The position numbers and the translations under genes are program-made. Under the pieces are notes generated by a model that made no database searches, had not been told where the DNA came from, and worked only from the letters and a program-made list of their open reading frames with translations. This document shows positions 28,681 to 38,029 of a stretch of DNA of 64,000 nt, piece after piece. Numbering within the stretch: the stretch's first letter is position 1; every line of letters starts with the position of its first letter. The stretch comes from Planctomycetota bacterium. Its GTDB lineage: Bacteria; Planctomycetota; Planctomycetia; Pirellulales; UBA1268. The DNA lies in contig VGZO01000014.1 of assembly GCA_016872555.1 (NCBI GenBank), forward strand, positions 4,834 to 68,833, written 5' to 3'.

Positions 28681-29856
28681 TCAGACGCCCAGCGCCTTGA
28701 GGACCTCGACCATCGGATTGACGACCGGGCCGAGGATCTCGCCCACGCCCGGGATCGCCATCACCTTCTCGATCAGCCCAGTCAGGCTGCCCATCCCCTT
28801 GCCGACCGTCTCCTTGACCGCCGCCCGACCGGCGTCGGGCAGGGCCGCCGTCCGATCCTTGATCGACGTCAGCGTGGGGAGGAGATCCTTGAGGGTCGGG
28901 ACGATCGACTCGGCCGACGCCGCGTCGGTCACGCCGCCGAGGGTCGTGGTGAGGCTGCCGAACAGGCCGGTGAGGTCCTCGCCGATCTTGACCGCGTCGC
29001 CGAGGTTGGCGGGCAGTTCCAGGCCGCTGTCGGCCGGCTTGACCTCGATCTCGCGGGCCGGCTCGACCGAAAGCGGCATCTGCACGTTCGGGGCCGCCAT
29101 CTGGTTCCCGGCTGGCTTGTTGGCGCTGTTGTTCAGGTACCACCAGGCGCCCAGGCCCACCAGCGGCAGAAGCAACAGCGGGAGCCATGCCGGGAAGCCC
29201 GACCCGGTCGGCTCCGGCTCACGACGGGTCTGCGAGTGGGAGTGTGAGTGGTCGACGTGAGTCGAACGCCGCTCCTCGCCCCGCCGCTCGTCGTGGTGGC
29301 CACCGCCGGCGACGGCGCCGGTCGCGGCACTGACGAAGTCACCCAGCGACAGCCCCTTGGGCAACGCACCGGTGATGTTCGAGGCCTGCGACGACAGCAG
29401 GCTCTGCACGCCGCGGGCGTCGATCTTTCCACCCTTGAACGAGCTGGCCACCTGCCCGAGGACGACCGGGGCCAGATACGTCAGCAGCGTCTTGGTCATT
29501 CCGGGCTTCATGCCGAGGAACGAGGCCAAGGCGTTGACCAGCATCGAGGTGCCGGCATTGCCGAACAGCGAACCGAGCAGGCTGCCGCCCATGTCGGCGG
29601 CGCGGCTGGCATTCGATCCACCGAACAGGCCGGCGAGGTTGCCGAGCATGCCCATGTCGAGGCCGCCGAGCGCCGAGGCGATCTGCCCCGCACCGTTGTC
29701 CGTCGACGCCAGCTTGGAGAGCCCGCTGAGCAGCGCCGGTACGGCTGCGGCTGTTGCCGACTTGGTCTGCCGGCTGTCGGCGCCAATCAGCGAGCCGAGG
29801 CTGCCGAGGACGGCGTCGTTGGACAGTTGGCCCGTGATCATCTCAACCAGATTCAT
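28681..29856 (-). CDS. DUF937-domain protein with a central TM segment
   Basis: The N-terminus MNLVEMITGQLSNDAVLGSLGSLIGADSRQTKSATAAAVPALLSGLSKLAS is typical of DUF937. It is followed by a His/Arg-rich linker (HVDHSHSHSQ), the TM helix WLPLLLLPLVGLGAWWYL and a C-terminal domain. Confidence 0.75.
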   Translation of the reverse strand: MNLVEMITGQLSNDAVLGSLGSLIGADSRQTKSATAAAVPALLSGLSKLASTDNGAGQIASALGGLDMGMLGNLAGLFGGSNASRAADMGGSLLGSLFGNAGTSMLVNALASFLGMKPGMTKTLLTYLAPVVLGQVASSFKGGKIDARGVQSLLSSQASNITGALPKGLSLGDFVSAATGAVAGGGHHDERRGEERRSTHVDHSHSHSQTRREPEPTGSGFPAWLPLLLLPLVGLGAWWYLNNSANKPAGNQMAAPNVQMPLSVEPAREIEVKPADSGLELPANLGDAVKIGEDLTGLFGSLTTTLGGVTDAASAESIVPTLKDLLPTLTSIKDRTAALPDAGRAAVKETVGKGMGSLTGLIEKVMAIPGVGEILGPVVNPMVEVLKALGV

Positions 29857-30077
29857 TTGCAGCTCCAGAAGCAGAAGAAAAAACGCCGCCCGCCGATCAA
29901 GCGGTGAACGGTCATGAAAACCGTGTACCGATCCCTCTCTCAGGGATCCGTTGTCTTACCCCCTTTTTCGGGTCGCCACAAGCAGCCCGCGGAACCGTTT
30001 CGGCCGCTGAAAAGAGCTGACGGACGGGGCGATTGTGCGGGCAGGACGACTGGCTGAAGGCACCCGTTGCAGACCAT

Positions 30078-30144
30078 GGAAACCCTTGGCGTTTCCCGCG
30101 GTCGCCCGAGTGGACAAAGGCCAGGGAGGGCTTTGTCCACGGAC
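30078..30144. repeat. 67-nt double-hairpin intergenic element, copy 2
   Basis: ggaaacccttggcgtttcccgcggtcgcccgagtggacaaaggccagggagggctttgtccacggac is 61/67 identical to 728-794. Here the second stem is a perfect 10 bp. The element ends 16 nt before the U32 ATG. Confidence 0.85.
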
Positions 30145-30160
30145 AGCTAGACTGCGAGAC

Positions 30161-32686
30161 ATGACCGACCGCCGCACGCCGCCGGGCCCCGAATTGCTCT
30201 CCCCGGCCGGGGACCACGACTGCGTGGCGGCCGCCGTCGAAAATGGTGCCGATGCCGTCTATTTCGGCCTCGATGTCGGGTTCAATGCCCGAGCCCGGGC
30301 GACCAATTTCACGCTCGAGGAGCTGCCCCGGCTCGTTTCCGACCTCCACCGCCGCGGGGTTCGCGGCTACGTCACGCTCAACACCCTGGTGTTCCAGGCG
30401 GAGCTCGCCGACGTGGCGCGGGTGGCGGCAGCCGTCGCCGCCGCAGAGGTCGACGCGGTGCTCGTCCAGGACGTCGGCGCCGCGCGGCTGATGAAGGTCG
30501 TCTGCCCCGAGCTGCCCCTCCACGCTTCGACCCAGATGACGCTCTCGAGCGCCGAGACGATGGTCCTCGCCCGGCAGTTGGGGATCGAGCGCGTGGTGGT
30601 GCCGCGTGAATTGTCGGTGGCGGAAATCGCGCAGATCGCGGCGGCGACCGATCTCGAGCTCGAGGTCTTCGTCCACGGCGCGCTGTGCGTGGCGTGGTCG
30701 GGGCAGTGCCTGACGAGCGAATCGCTCGGCGGGCGGAGCGCCAACCGTGGCCAGTGCGCCCAGGCCTGCCGGCTCCCCTACGAGCTGGTCTGCGACGGCC
30801 GTCCGGTCGACCTCGGCGCCCAGCGGTATCTGCTCTCGCCGCAGGATCTCGCTGCCCACGCGCTGGTGCCCGATCTGATCCGCGCCGGAGTGGCGAGCCT
30901 CAAGATCGAGGGGCGGCTGAAGTCACCCGAGTACGTGGCCGCGATCACCCGTCACTACCGTTCAGCGATCGACGCCGCCGTCGCCGAGCGGCCCGCGCCG
31001 CTCGACGCAGCCGCGCGCGAGGAGATGGAGATGGTCTTCTCGCGCGGGCTGTCCACGGGATGGCTCGGCGGCACCGACCACAAGCGGCTGGTGCCCGCCA
31101 CCAGTAGCGCCAAGCGTGGGCTGCGCGTGGGAACGGTGACCGCGACGCGGCGCGGACGCGTCGAGGTGGAGCTCTCGGGGAGCCTGCAGCGCGGCGACGG
31201 CGTCGCGTTTGGCGGTGTCGCCGACGATCCGTCCGGCGGGCCCGGTGGGCCGCAAGGGGGCCGGATCTACGAAGTCTTCGCCGCCGGGGAATCGGTCGGC
31301 GGCGCGGTTGCCGCCGGGCGGGTGGAGCTGGCCTTCGGCCGCGACGCCGTCGACGTCAACGCCGTGGCACCCGGACAGGCGGTCTGGAAGACCGACGACC
31401 CACGGCTCAGCGCACGGCTGCGCGAGACCTTCGCCGGGCGAACGCCGCGCCGCCGCCGGGCCCTCGACCTGACCGTCCGGGCGGTGGTCGGCGAGCCCCT
31501 TGCGGTGACGGCCAGGGTGGCGGGCTCCCCTGGGGCTGTGACGGTGACGGCAGACGATCCCCTCGAGCCAGCGCGGCGCCACGCGCTCGACACCGCCGTG
31601 CTCGGGGAGCAGTTCGGCCGTCTCGGCGGAACGGCTTACCGTCTCGAATCGATCGCGGCCGAGATCGTCGGCGCGCCGATGGTGCCGTTGAGCGTGCTGG
31701 GGAAAGTCCGTCACGCGCTGGTCGCCAAGCTCGACGCTGCCTCCACCGACCGGGCACCGCGGGCGATCGACATTGATGCGGGAATAACGCTCGTCGCCGC
31801 GGTGGCCGACCGGTCCGCCGCCGCGCCCACCACGCTCCACATCCTCTGCCGGTCCGTCGAACAGGTCGAGGCGGCGGTCGGCCTCGGGGTCGCCGACCTG
31901 TACGCCGAGTTCGCCGACATCCGGCGCTACGCCGATGCCGTCCGGATCGCGCGTGCCTCGGGGGCGCGGCTGTTCACCGCCACGCCGCGGATCCACAAGC
32001 CGGGGGAGACCGGGATCTTCGCGCTCCTCGAGCGCCAGCGTCCCGACGGCATCCTGGCGCGGAACGCCGCCGCCCTCGACCACTTCCACGCCCGCGGCGT
32101 GCCGGTGGTCGGCGACTTCTCGCTCAACGTCACCAACGCCCTGTCCGCCGGGCAGTTCCTCGCCGCCGGCTGCCGCCGGGTGACCGCCGCCTACGACTGC
32201 GACCGCGAACAGCTCCTCGCCCTCGCCGAAGCCGTGCCCGGCGGGGCGCTCGAGGTGGTGATCCACCAGCGGATGCCGCTGTTCCACATGGAGCACTGCG
32301 TGTTCTGCGCGGTGCTCTCGCCGGGGACCGACAAGACCAACTGCGGCCGGCCGTGCGACGACCATGTCGTCCACCTCCGCGACCGAATCGGGGTCGAGCA
32401 TCCGCTCACCGCCGACGTCGGCTGCCGCAACACGCTCTACAATGCCGTCCCCCAGACCGGCGCCGAGGTCGTCGCGCGGCTGCGCGCGGTCGGGGTCCGC
32501 GACCTCCGCGTCGAGGTGCTCGCCGAGTCGGCTGCCGAGGTCGCGACCGTCGTCTCCGCCTATCGCGGGTTGCTCGCCGGCACGCTCGACGCCCGCACCG
32601 TCCGCACGCGCCTCGGAGCGATGAACCGCGTCGGCGTCACGACCGGCACGCTCGAAACCCGGCGCGACCCGCTGGCGATCGTGTGA
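30161..32686 (+). CDS. long-form U32-family protein (peptidase U32 / RlhA-TrhP-UbiU-like)
   Basis: ELLSPAGDHDCVAAAVENGADAVYFG, ASTQMT, VPRELS, EVFVHGALCVAWSGQCLTSESLGGRSANRGQCAQACRLPY (U32 Cys motif), LKIEGRLKSPEYVA. A second U32-like half follows (RIHKPGE...HQRMPLFHMEHCVFC...CGRPC). The ATG at 30161 is in frame with the track ORF. Confidence 0.88.
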   Translation: MTDRRTPPGPELLSPAGDHDCVAAAVENGADAVYFGLDVGFNARARATNFTLEELPRLVSDLHRRGVRGYVTLNTLVFQAELADVARVAAAVAAAEVDAVLVQDVGAARLMKVVCPELPLHASTQMTLSSAETMVLARQLGIERVVVPRELSVAEIAQIAAATDLELEVFVHGALCVAWSGQCLTSESLGGRSANRGQCAQACRLPYELVCDGRPVDLGAQRYLLSPQDLAAHALVPDLIRAGVASLKIEGRLKSPEYVAAITRHYRSAIDAAVAERPAPLDAAAREEMEMVFSRGLSTGWLGGTDHKRLVPATSSAKRGLRVGTVTATRRGRVEVELSGSLQRGDGVAFGGVADDPSGGPGGPQGGRIYEVFAAGESVGGAVAAGRVELAFGRDAVDVNAVAPGQAVWKTDDPRLSARLRETFAGRTPRRRRALDLTVRAVVGEPLAVTARVAGSPGAVTVTADDPLEPARRHALDTAVLGEQFGRLGGTAYRLESIAAEIVGAPMVPLSVLGKVRHALVAKLDAASTDRAPRAIDIDAGITLVAAVADRSAAAPTTLHILCRSVEQVEAAVGLGVADLYAEFADIRRYADAVRIARASGARLFTATPRIHKPGETGIFALLERQRPDGILARNAAALDHFHARGVPVVGDFSLNVTNALSAGQFLAAGCRRVTAAYDCDREQLLALAEAVPGGALEVVIHQRMPLFHMEHCVFCAVLSPGTDKTNCGRPCDDHVVHLRDRIGVEHPLTADVGCRNTLYNAVPQTGAEVVARLRAVGVRDLRVEVLAESAAEVATVVSAYRGLLAGTLDARTVRTRLGAMNRVGVTTGTLETRRDPLAIV

Positions 32687-32743
32687 CGACGCTGGCGGAG
32701 CGCGATCATGCCCTCCCCGACGGCGCCCAGCGGGCCCGTGGGC

Positions 32744-33217
32744 TCAGGTGCTCTTCGCGTCGATCGCCACCGGTGCGCCCGGCCGGACGTCGACCTCGAT
32801 GCCCGACGTCGCCGGATCCTCGAGCTTCTTCGGCACCGCGCGGAACGTGCCCTCCAGTTCGCGCATCGACACCGGTTGACCGCCGCCCCCGCCGCGCGCC
32901 TTCTCGGCAGCGGCTGCCATCCCGGCGTACATCGATGTCTGCACGGCGACGCGGTAACGGCCGGGCGGGATCGCGTACAGCCGGAACGACCCGTCCTTCT
33001 GGATCGTCCCCGAATGCGCCTCCCCGCCCCCGGCCGGGGTGAGCACGACCATCCCCATCTCGAGCGCCGTCCCGTCGAGCCGCGCGGTGCCGGTGGTGTC
33101 GATCCCGACCGTGGCCTGACCCCCACACCCGACGAGCGCGACGAGCAGCCAGAAGGCGGCGGCGGGACGGGCGAGTCCCCACACGACGGGGAGCCCAGTC
33201 GGACGGTCGCGCATCAT
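32744..33217 (-). CDS. small lipoprotein (carboxypeptidase-regulatory-like beta-sandwich), partner of the DUF1559 gene
   Basis: It occupies the C-terminal 157 codons of track ORF 32744..34000. The lipobox LLVALVGC follows a signal-like N-terminus, then [18 protein letters not shown]. Its ATG overlaps the DUF1559 stop (ATGA). Confidence 0.6.
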   Translation of the reverse strand: MMRDRPTGLPVVWGLARPAAAFWLLVALVGCGGQATVGIDTTGTARLDGTALEMGMVVLTPAGGGEAHSGTIQKDGSFRLYAIPPGRYRVAVQTSMYAGMAAAAEKARGGGGGQPVSMRELEGTFRAVPKKLEDPATSGIEVDVRPGAPVAIDAKST

Positions 33218-34209
33218 TCCAGCTCCAGGGAGGACCGATCCTTCGGCAGGATCGCGGCGTTCCAGGCCGTCTGGTCGACGTTGACGTTGACCGCCCGGGT
33301 GCTGCCGTCCCCCATCCCGCAGAGCACGACGCCCGGAGAGTGCCCGATCGCCCGGGTCTCCGACCAGAGGCACTGGCTGCGCTGTGGCGTCGCCAGGGGG
33401 AGGAAGAACGACCGGTAGTTGGGGTCGTTCTGGTTGCTCGTGTAGCCGACGTTGATCCGTGCGAACACCGGCCAGTAGCGGTCGTCGGCGGGGTGGCCCC
33501 AGGCGTTGCCGAAGGTGTCGGTGTTGTTGGGCTGCGGGGCCGGACCACACCCCATCCGCCGCTCCGCCAGGAAGATCGTCTTGCTCGTGCCGTCGATCAC
33601 CGAGGCCATCGTCTTCTGGCCGTGGGTGTTGTGCCAGTTCCAGATGTCGCCAGGGACGTTCTCCGGCCGGCCGAACACCTGGAAGTTGCAGCCATAGCTG
33701 CAGAGGGCGACGTCGACCGGATTCCGCCACATCCATCCGGCCGAGAAGCCGCCCGCGTGAATCGACGAGGTGGCGCTGGCGTCGTTGGGTGCGACGAGCG
33801 TCGGGATCACGACGCTCATCGCGGCGCGGGTGGCGTCGATCTGCCCGAGGCCGCTCCCCTTCCAGTTGGAGATCGCGTTGGGGAGTTGCCCCTCCTCGAA
33901 GTAGGGCGTCAGGCAGAAGAAGAACGTGCCGTCGCTCTTGGTGTAGCCGCCGGTATACGTCGGGCTGCTCCACCAGAAGGCGACCGCCGGCGGGAAGCAC
34001 TTCATCGCGTCGTGGGCGTTGTGGGTGGCCAGGCCGATCTGCTTGAGGTTGTTGAGGCTCTGCGACCGCCGTGCCGCCTCGCGCGCCGCCTGCACCGCCG
34101 GCAGGAGGAGGCCGACGAGCGTGCCGATGATCGCGATCACGACGAGGAGTTCGACGAGCGTGAACCCGCGGCGGCGTGAGGCCGGGAGCAGGACGGTGGA
34201 TCCGGTCAT
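33214..34209 (-). CDS. DUF1559 protein with a prepilin-type N-terminal cleavage/methylation domain
   Basis: [56 protein letters not shown] is the canonical planctomycete DUF1559/type IV pilin-like N-terminus. I start at the ATG (MTGS) at 34209, inside the track ORF. Confidence 0.85.
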   Translation of the reverse strand: MTGSTVLLPASRRRGFTLVELLVVIAIIGTLVGLLLPAVQAAREAARRSQSLNNLKQIGLATHNAHDAMKCFPPAVAFWWSSPTYTGGYTKSDGTFFFCLTPYFEEGQLPNAISNWKGSGLGQIDATRAAMSVVIPTLVAPNDASATSSIHAGGFSAGWMWRNPVDVALCSYGCNFQVFGRPENVPGDIWNWHNTHGQKTMASVIDGTSKTIFLAERRMGCGPAPQPNNTDTFGNAWGHPADDRYWPVFARINVGYTSNQNDPNYRSFFLPLATPQRSQCLWSETRAIGHSPGVVLCGMGDGSTRAVNVNVDQTAWNAAILPKDRSSLELE

Positions 34210-34386
34210 GGAGTGGGCTCCGACGAAGGTCGGGAAACGGATGATCGGCGGCCCGGGCAGGCTGTGCACCGACGGGTCTCGCCGCACGGTCCGATTCTGG
34301 GCAGCCCTGCAGGCGGGGTCAACGCCACGGGCACCAGAAGGGCCGGCGGCGCGAGCCCGCCCCGCGGCCCGCCGGCGCGGTACCGG

Positions 34387-37300
34387 TCACCAGTAGATGT
34401 ACTGGAGGAACCGCTCCCGGTCGGGCTGGGGGAGGTCGTCGAGGCGGCGCACGACCCAGCGGTTTTCCTCGGTATCGACGAGCATCTTCCCTTCGGCGCC
34501 GAACTCGACGGCCTGGCTCTGCGTCCAGCGCGTCGTGAACCGGCGCCGACCGACGTCGGTTTCGACGTCGAAGTCGAGGTAGCCGTGGCCGAGGCGTACG
34601 GCGTGGATGCGGCTGATCTCGCGGATCAGCGCCCGGCGGCGGAGCGCCGCATCGATCACCGCGCGGTCGGCCGCGGGCCAGTCGGCGAGGTCGCGGATCA
34701 TCCCCAGCTCGATCTCGTCGCCGTTCTCGTACCAGCCGCGCACCGACAGCCAGGCCTGGGGCCACGACGCCGGAAAGGTGCGGACGATGAACGCCGCCGC
34801 CGCCAAGGCCGTGCCCTCCTCGAGGAGCACGATCCGGTCGTGATCGCCGCGCTGGAAGCGGTGCCGGGCCGGGTCGAGCCAGCGGATTCCCGTCGTCCGT
34901 CGGGGCGCCGGCTCCGCGGCCGGCTCGTCGCGCGGCGTGTCCTTTTCCTGCTCGGCGAGCAGCGTGTCGACCGTCGGCTGCTTGGTGACCTGCGTCTGGA
35001 TGCGCACCAGCCGGGCGTAGATCCCGTCGCGGGCGAGCAATTCGGCGTGGGTTCCCTGCTCCACCAGCCGGCCGCGGTCGAAGGCGAGGATCCGGTCGGC
35101 GTTGCGCAGCGTCGACAGCCGGTGGGCGATGGCGATCGTCGTCCGGCCGCGGACGAGCTCCGCGAGCGCTTCCTGGATCGCCTTCTCGGCCTCGGCGTCG
35201 ATGTTGCTGGTGGCCTCGTCGAGGACGAGGATCCGCGGGTCGTAGAGCAGCGTCCGCGCGATCGAAAGCCGCTGCTTCTCCCCCCCCGACAGTCCCGCGC
35301 CGTGCTCGCCGAGGAGCGTCTCGTAGGCCAGCGGCTGGCGGCAGAGGAAGTCGTGGGCCCCGGCCGCCTTGGCCGCCTCGAGCCCCTGCTCGATCGTCGC
35401 GCCGGGGCGCCCGTAGGAGAGGTTCTTCCAGATCGTGCCGCGGAACAGGAACGAGTCCTGGAACACGATCCCGAGGCGCTCGCGCAGCTGCCGCGTCGAC
35501 AGCTTCCGGACGTCGATCCCGTCGATCGTGATCGCCCCCTCCTGCACGTCGTGGAACCGTCCCAGCAGGTTGACCAGCGTCGTCTTTCCCGACCCCGAAC
35601 GGCCGACGATCCCGACCATCTCGCCGGGGGCGACGGTAAAGCTCACGTCGCGGAGGACCGGCTGGTTGCGGTCGTAGCCGAAGGTCACGCCGGAGAAGCC
35701 GAGCTCGCCGCGCACCTCCGGCCACGGCGCCGGATCCGTGGCGTCGGGGATCGTCACCGGCGTGTCGAGCAATTCGAGGACGCGCTGGCTGCCGGAGAGG
35801 AAGCTCGTCAGCCAGGTGGTGAAGTTCGAGAGCGCCCCCAGCGGCGCGTAGAACATCGCCAGGTAGGCGAGGAACGCGATCAGCTGGCCGAGCGACATCT
35901 TCGCGCCGATCACGTCGAGGCCGCCGACGTACCAGACGATCAGCCCGCCGAGGCTGAACACGATCTGCATCGTCGCCGAGTAGGTGGAGTTGGTGCGCTC
36001 GACCCACAGCCGCCAGTCGGAGAGGTGATCGCTGGCCTGCTGGAACCGCTCGCGCTCCCTCGGCTCCTGGGCGAAGGCCTTGACGACGCGGATCCCCGAC
36101 AGCATCCCCGACAACGCCGCCATCTGCTTGCTCGACGCGTCCCACAGCCGGTAGTGGCGCGGGTAGACGTGCCGCCAGAAGATCCACGAGCCGAGGATCA
36201 CCAGGGGCACCGGGATCAGCGTGAACAGCGCCAGCTTCGGGTTGATCCACACGAGCATCGCGCCGACGCCGACGAGCTGCACGATCTGGAGGAGGAAGCC
36301 TCCGGTGATCTGGTGCATCAGGCCGTGGAGGACCTCGCTGTCGTGGGCCACGCGGCTGATCATCGAGCCGACCTGGTGGCGGTCGTAGTAGGCGATCGCG
36401 AGGTTCTGCAGCTTGTCGACCATCTCGCGGCGCAGGGATCCGGCCAGCCCGGTGCCGATCGTCGTCGCCAGCCGCCCCTTGAGAACGCCGACCACCGAGA
36501 GCACGATCCGCGAAAACGCCAGTGCCAGCACGACCACGAGCAGCGCGGTACGGAAGTCGGCCGGGGAGGTCGTCGCGCCGTCGGCAGCGCGCGCCGCGGC
36601 GCTGCCGGTGAGGACGTCGTCGACCATGTATTGCTGGAGCTTGGGCGGCACAAGCTCCGCGACCACGCCGAGGAGCGTCAGCAGGCACAGCGCGATGGCG
36701 CCGCCCCGGTGGGGTGCGAGGATCGCGGCGACGCGCGCGAGGATCCTCCCCTTCTGCATGCAGCGCGGGCAGGATTCCTCGCGGACGGTCAGCCGCAGCG
36801 AGCACGACGGGCAGCGCGGCGGATCGAGCGGCCCATCGATCACGATCGGACCGACGATCGCCGGCGGGGCGTCGCCCTCGGTGGGGGCGGCTTCGCGCGC
36901 CAGTTCGAGGGCCCGCGACACCTTGTGGAACCGGGTCGCCAGCGCGTTGGAAAACCGGATCAGGTCGATCCAGCCGCCGTCGGCCTTCACCTGGAGCGTG
37001 CCGCCGCCGACGCCGGCGCTGGTCCGCACCTGCTCGACCTCCGGCCAGGGGACGAAGCGCACGAGCCGGGCCGCCGGGGAGGCGCCGGCGTATTCGCCGG
37101 CCGCCGGGGGGGCATCGGCGACGACCGAGAGGTGGTCGGCGGTGACGACGAGCCATTCCCGGTCGGGGGTGCCGTCGAGGGCGACGTTGCTGTCGACCGC
37201 GATGAGCACCGGGCGGTTGTCGAGCCCGGCGGCGTGCAGGCAGCGTTCGACGGCGGCGGGCGGGGGGGGGAGCGGGCTGCCCGCCGGCAGGGGCGCTGGC

Positions 37301-37389
37301 CCGTCGGCCGCCGGGGCGTTAGGCTCGTCGCGCTTCGTGACGGTGCGGATGGCGGCTTCCTTTCCTGACTTCCGGCGGAGTATTCCCAT
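34387..37389 (-). CDS. four-module fusion: PH-like N-terminal domain, CxxC..CxxC zinc ribbon, ABC exporter (TMD+NBD), C-terminal DUF1854
   Basis: aa ~55-165: WLVVTADHLSVV...GGGTLQVKADGGWIDLIRFSN. Zinc ribbon: CPSCSLRLTVREESCPRC. Six-TM exporter domain. Walker A GRSGSGKTT, signature LSGGEKQR, Walker B ILVLDEATS. C-terminal ~150 aa: VRTFPASWP...IELGMIRDLADWP...IREISRIHAV...FDVETDVGRRRFTTRW...LVDTEENRWVV...RERFLQYIYW, matching the DUF1854 pattern. Confidence 0.88.
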   Translation of the reverse strand: MGILRRKSGKEAAIRTVTKRDEPNAPAADGPAPLPAGSPLPPPPAAVERCLHAAGLDNRPVLIAVDSNVALDGTPDREWLVVTADHLSVVADAPPAAGEYAGASPAARLVRFVPWPEVEQVRTSAGVGGGTLQVKADGGWIDLIRFSNALATRFHKVSRALELAREAAPTEGDAPPAIVGPIVIDGPLDPPRCPSCSLRLTVREESCPRCMQKGRILARVAAILAPHRGGAIALCLLTLLGVVAELVPPKLQQYMVDDVLTGSAAARAADGATTSPADFRTALLVVVLALAFSRIVLSVVGVLKGRLATTIGTGLAGSLRREMVDKLQNLAIAYYDRHQVGSMISRVAHDSEVLHGLMHQITGGFLLQIVQLVGVGAMLVWINPKLALFTLIPVPLVILGSWIFWRHVYPRHYRLWDASSKQMAALSGMLSGIRVVKAFAQEPRERERFQQASDHLSDWRLWVERTNSTYSATMQIVFSLGGLIVWYVGGLDVIGAKMSLGQLIAFLAYLAMFYAPLGALSNFTTWLTSFLSGSQRVLELLDTPVTIPDATDPAPWPEVRGELGFSGVTFGYDRNQPVLRDVSFTVAPGEMVGIVGRSGSGKTTLVNLLGRFHDVQEGAITIDGIDVRKLSTRQLRERLGIVFQDSFLFRGTIWKNLSYGRPGATIEQGLEAAKAAGAHDFLCRQPLAYETLLGEHGAGLSGGEKQRLSIARTLLYDPRILVLDEATSNIDAEAEKAIQEALAELVRGRTTIAIAHRLSTLRNADRILAFDRGRLVEQGTHAELLARDGIYARLVRIQTQVTKQPTVDTLLAEQEKDTPRDEPAAEPAPRRTTGIRWLDPARHRFQRGDHDRIVLLEEGTALAAAAFIVRTFPASWPQAWLSVRGWYENGDEIELGMIRDLADWPAADRAVIDAALRRRALIREISRIHAVRLGHGYLDFDVETDVGRRRFTTRWTQSQAVEFGAEGKMLVDTEENRWVVRRLDDLPQPDRERFLQYIYW

Positions 37390-38029
37390 GGCTTACGCGG
37401 CGACTGGAGCGGCGGTTCGGCGGGTGGCGCTCGGTGTGGCGATCCTGGCCGCGGCGGCGGCCCGGGCCGACGAGCCCGGCTTCGAGCCGCTGTTCGACGG
37501 CAAGAGCCTCGCCGGCTGGAAGGTCAACGAGAACCCCCAAAGCTGGAAGGTCGAGGGGGGCGAGATCGTCTGCCACGGCCCGCGCAGTCACTTGTTTTAC
37601 GTCGGTGCCGACGCCGCCAAGCCGGCCGAGTTCAAGAACTTCCACTTCAAGGCCGAGGTGATGACCCGGCCGGGGGCCAACTCGGGGATCTTTTTCCACA
37701 CCAAGTTCCAGCCGGAGGGCTGGCCGGCGGCGGGCTACGAGATGCAGGTCAACAACTCCCAGGGGGATCCGGTGCGAACCGGGAGCATCTACAACGTGGT
37801 CAAGAATTTCACCGCGCCGGCCAAGGACGACGTCTGGTTCACCGAGGAGGTGGTCGTCAAGGACAAGCAGATCACGGTCCTCGTCGACGGCAAGGTGCTG
37901 TTCGAGTACGTCGAGCCCGACGGGGTGACCGGGACCCGCAAGCTCTCGGCCGGGACCTTCGCGCTGCAGGCCCACGATCCGGGCAGCGAGGTCCACTACC
38001 GCAACATCCGCGTCAAGCGGCTGCCGTAG
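37388..38029 (+). CDS. DUF1080 (3-keto-disaccharide-hydrolase-like) secreted protein
   Basis: Signal peptide MAYAATGAAVRRVALGVAILAAAAARA, then FEPLFDGKSLAGWKV...W.VEGGEIVC...SHLFY...FKNFHFKAEV...NSGIFF...YEMQV...TGSIYN...HYRNIRVKRL. Confidence 0.85.
   Translation: MAYAATGAAVRRVALGVAILAAAAARADEPGFEPLFDGKSLAGWKVNENPQSWKVEGGEIVCHGPRSHLFYVGADAAKPAEFKNFHFKAEVMTRPGANSGIFFHTKFQPEGWPAAGYEMQVNNSQGDPVRTGSIYNVVKNFTAPAKDDVWFTEEVVVKDKQITVLVDGKVLFEYVEPDGVTGTRKLSAGTFALQAHDPGSEVHYRNIRVKRLP

Noticed and set aside
32744-34000. The 418-aa ORF 32744..34000 taken as one gene.
   Set aside because: Its upstream two thirds are the shadow frame of the DUF1559 gene (33214..34209), which has unmistakable pilin-like motifs. 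Only the last 157 codons, with a lipobox, look genuine.
34213-37368. Very long antisense ORFs in the track, e.g. 34213..37368 +, 34319..37156 -, 42045..44495 -, 26267..28321 -, 54693..56960 -, 37319..38971 -, 50468..53071 +.
   Set aside because: Each overlaps a gene with clear family motifs on the other strand or frame. Their translations are dominated by R, P, G and A with no recognisable motifs. This is typical of stop-codon-poor shadow frames in high-GC DNA.
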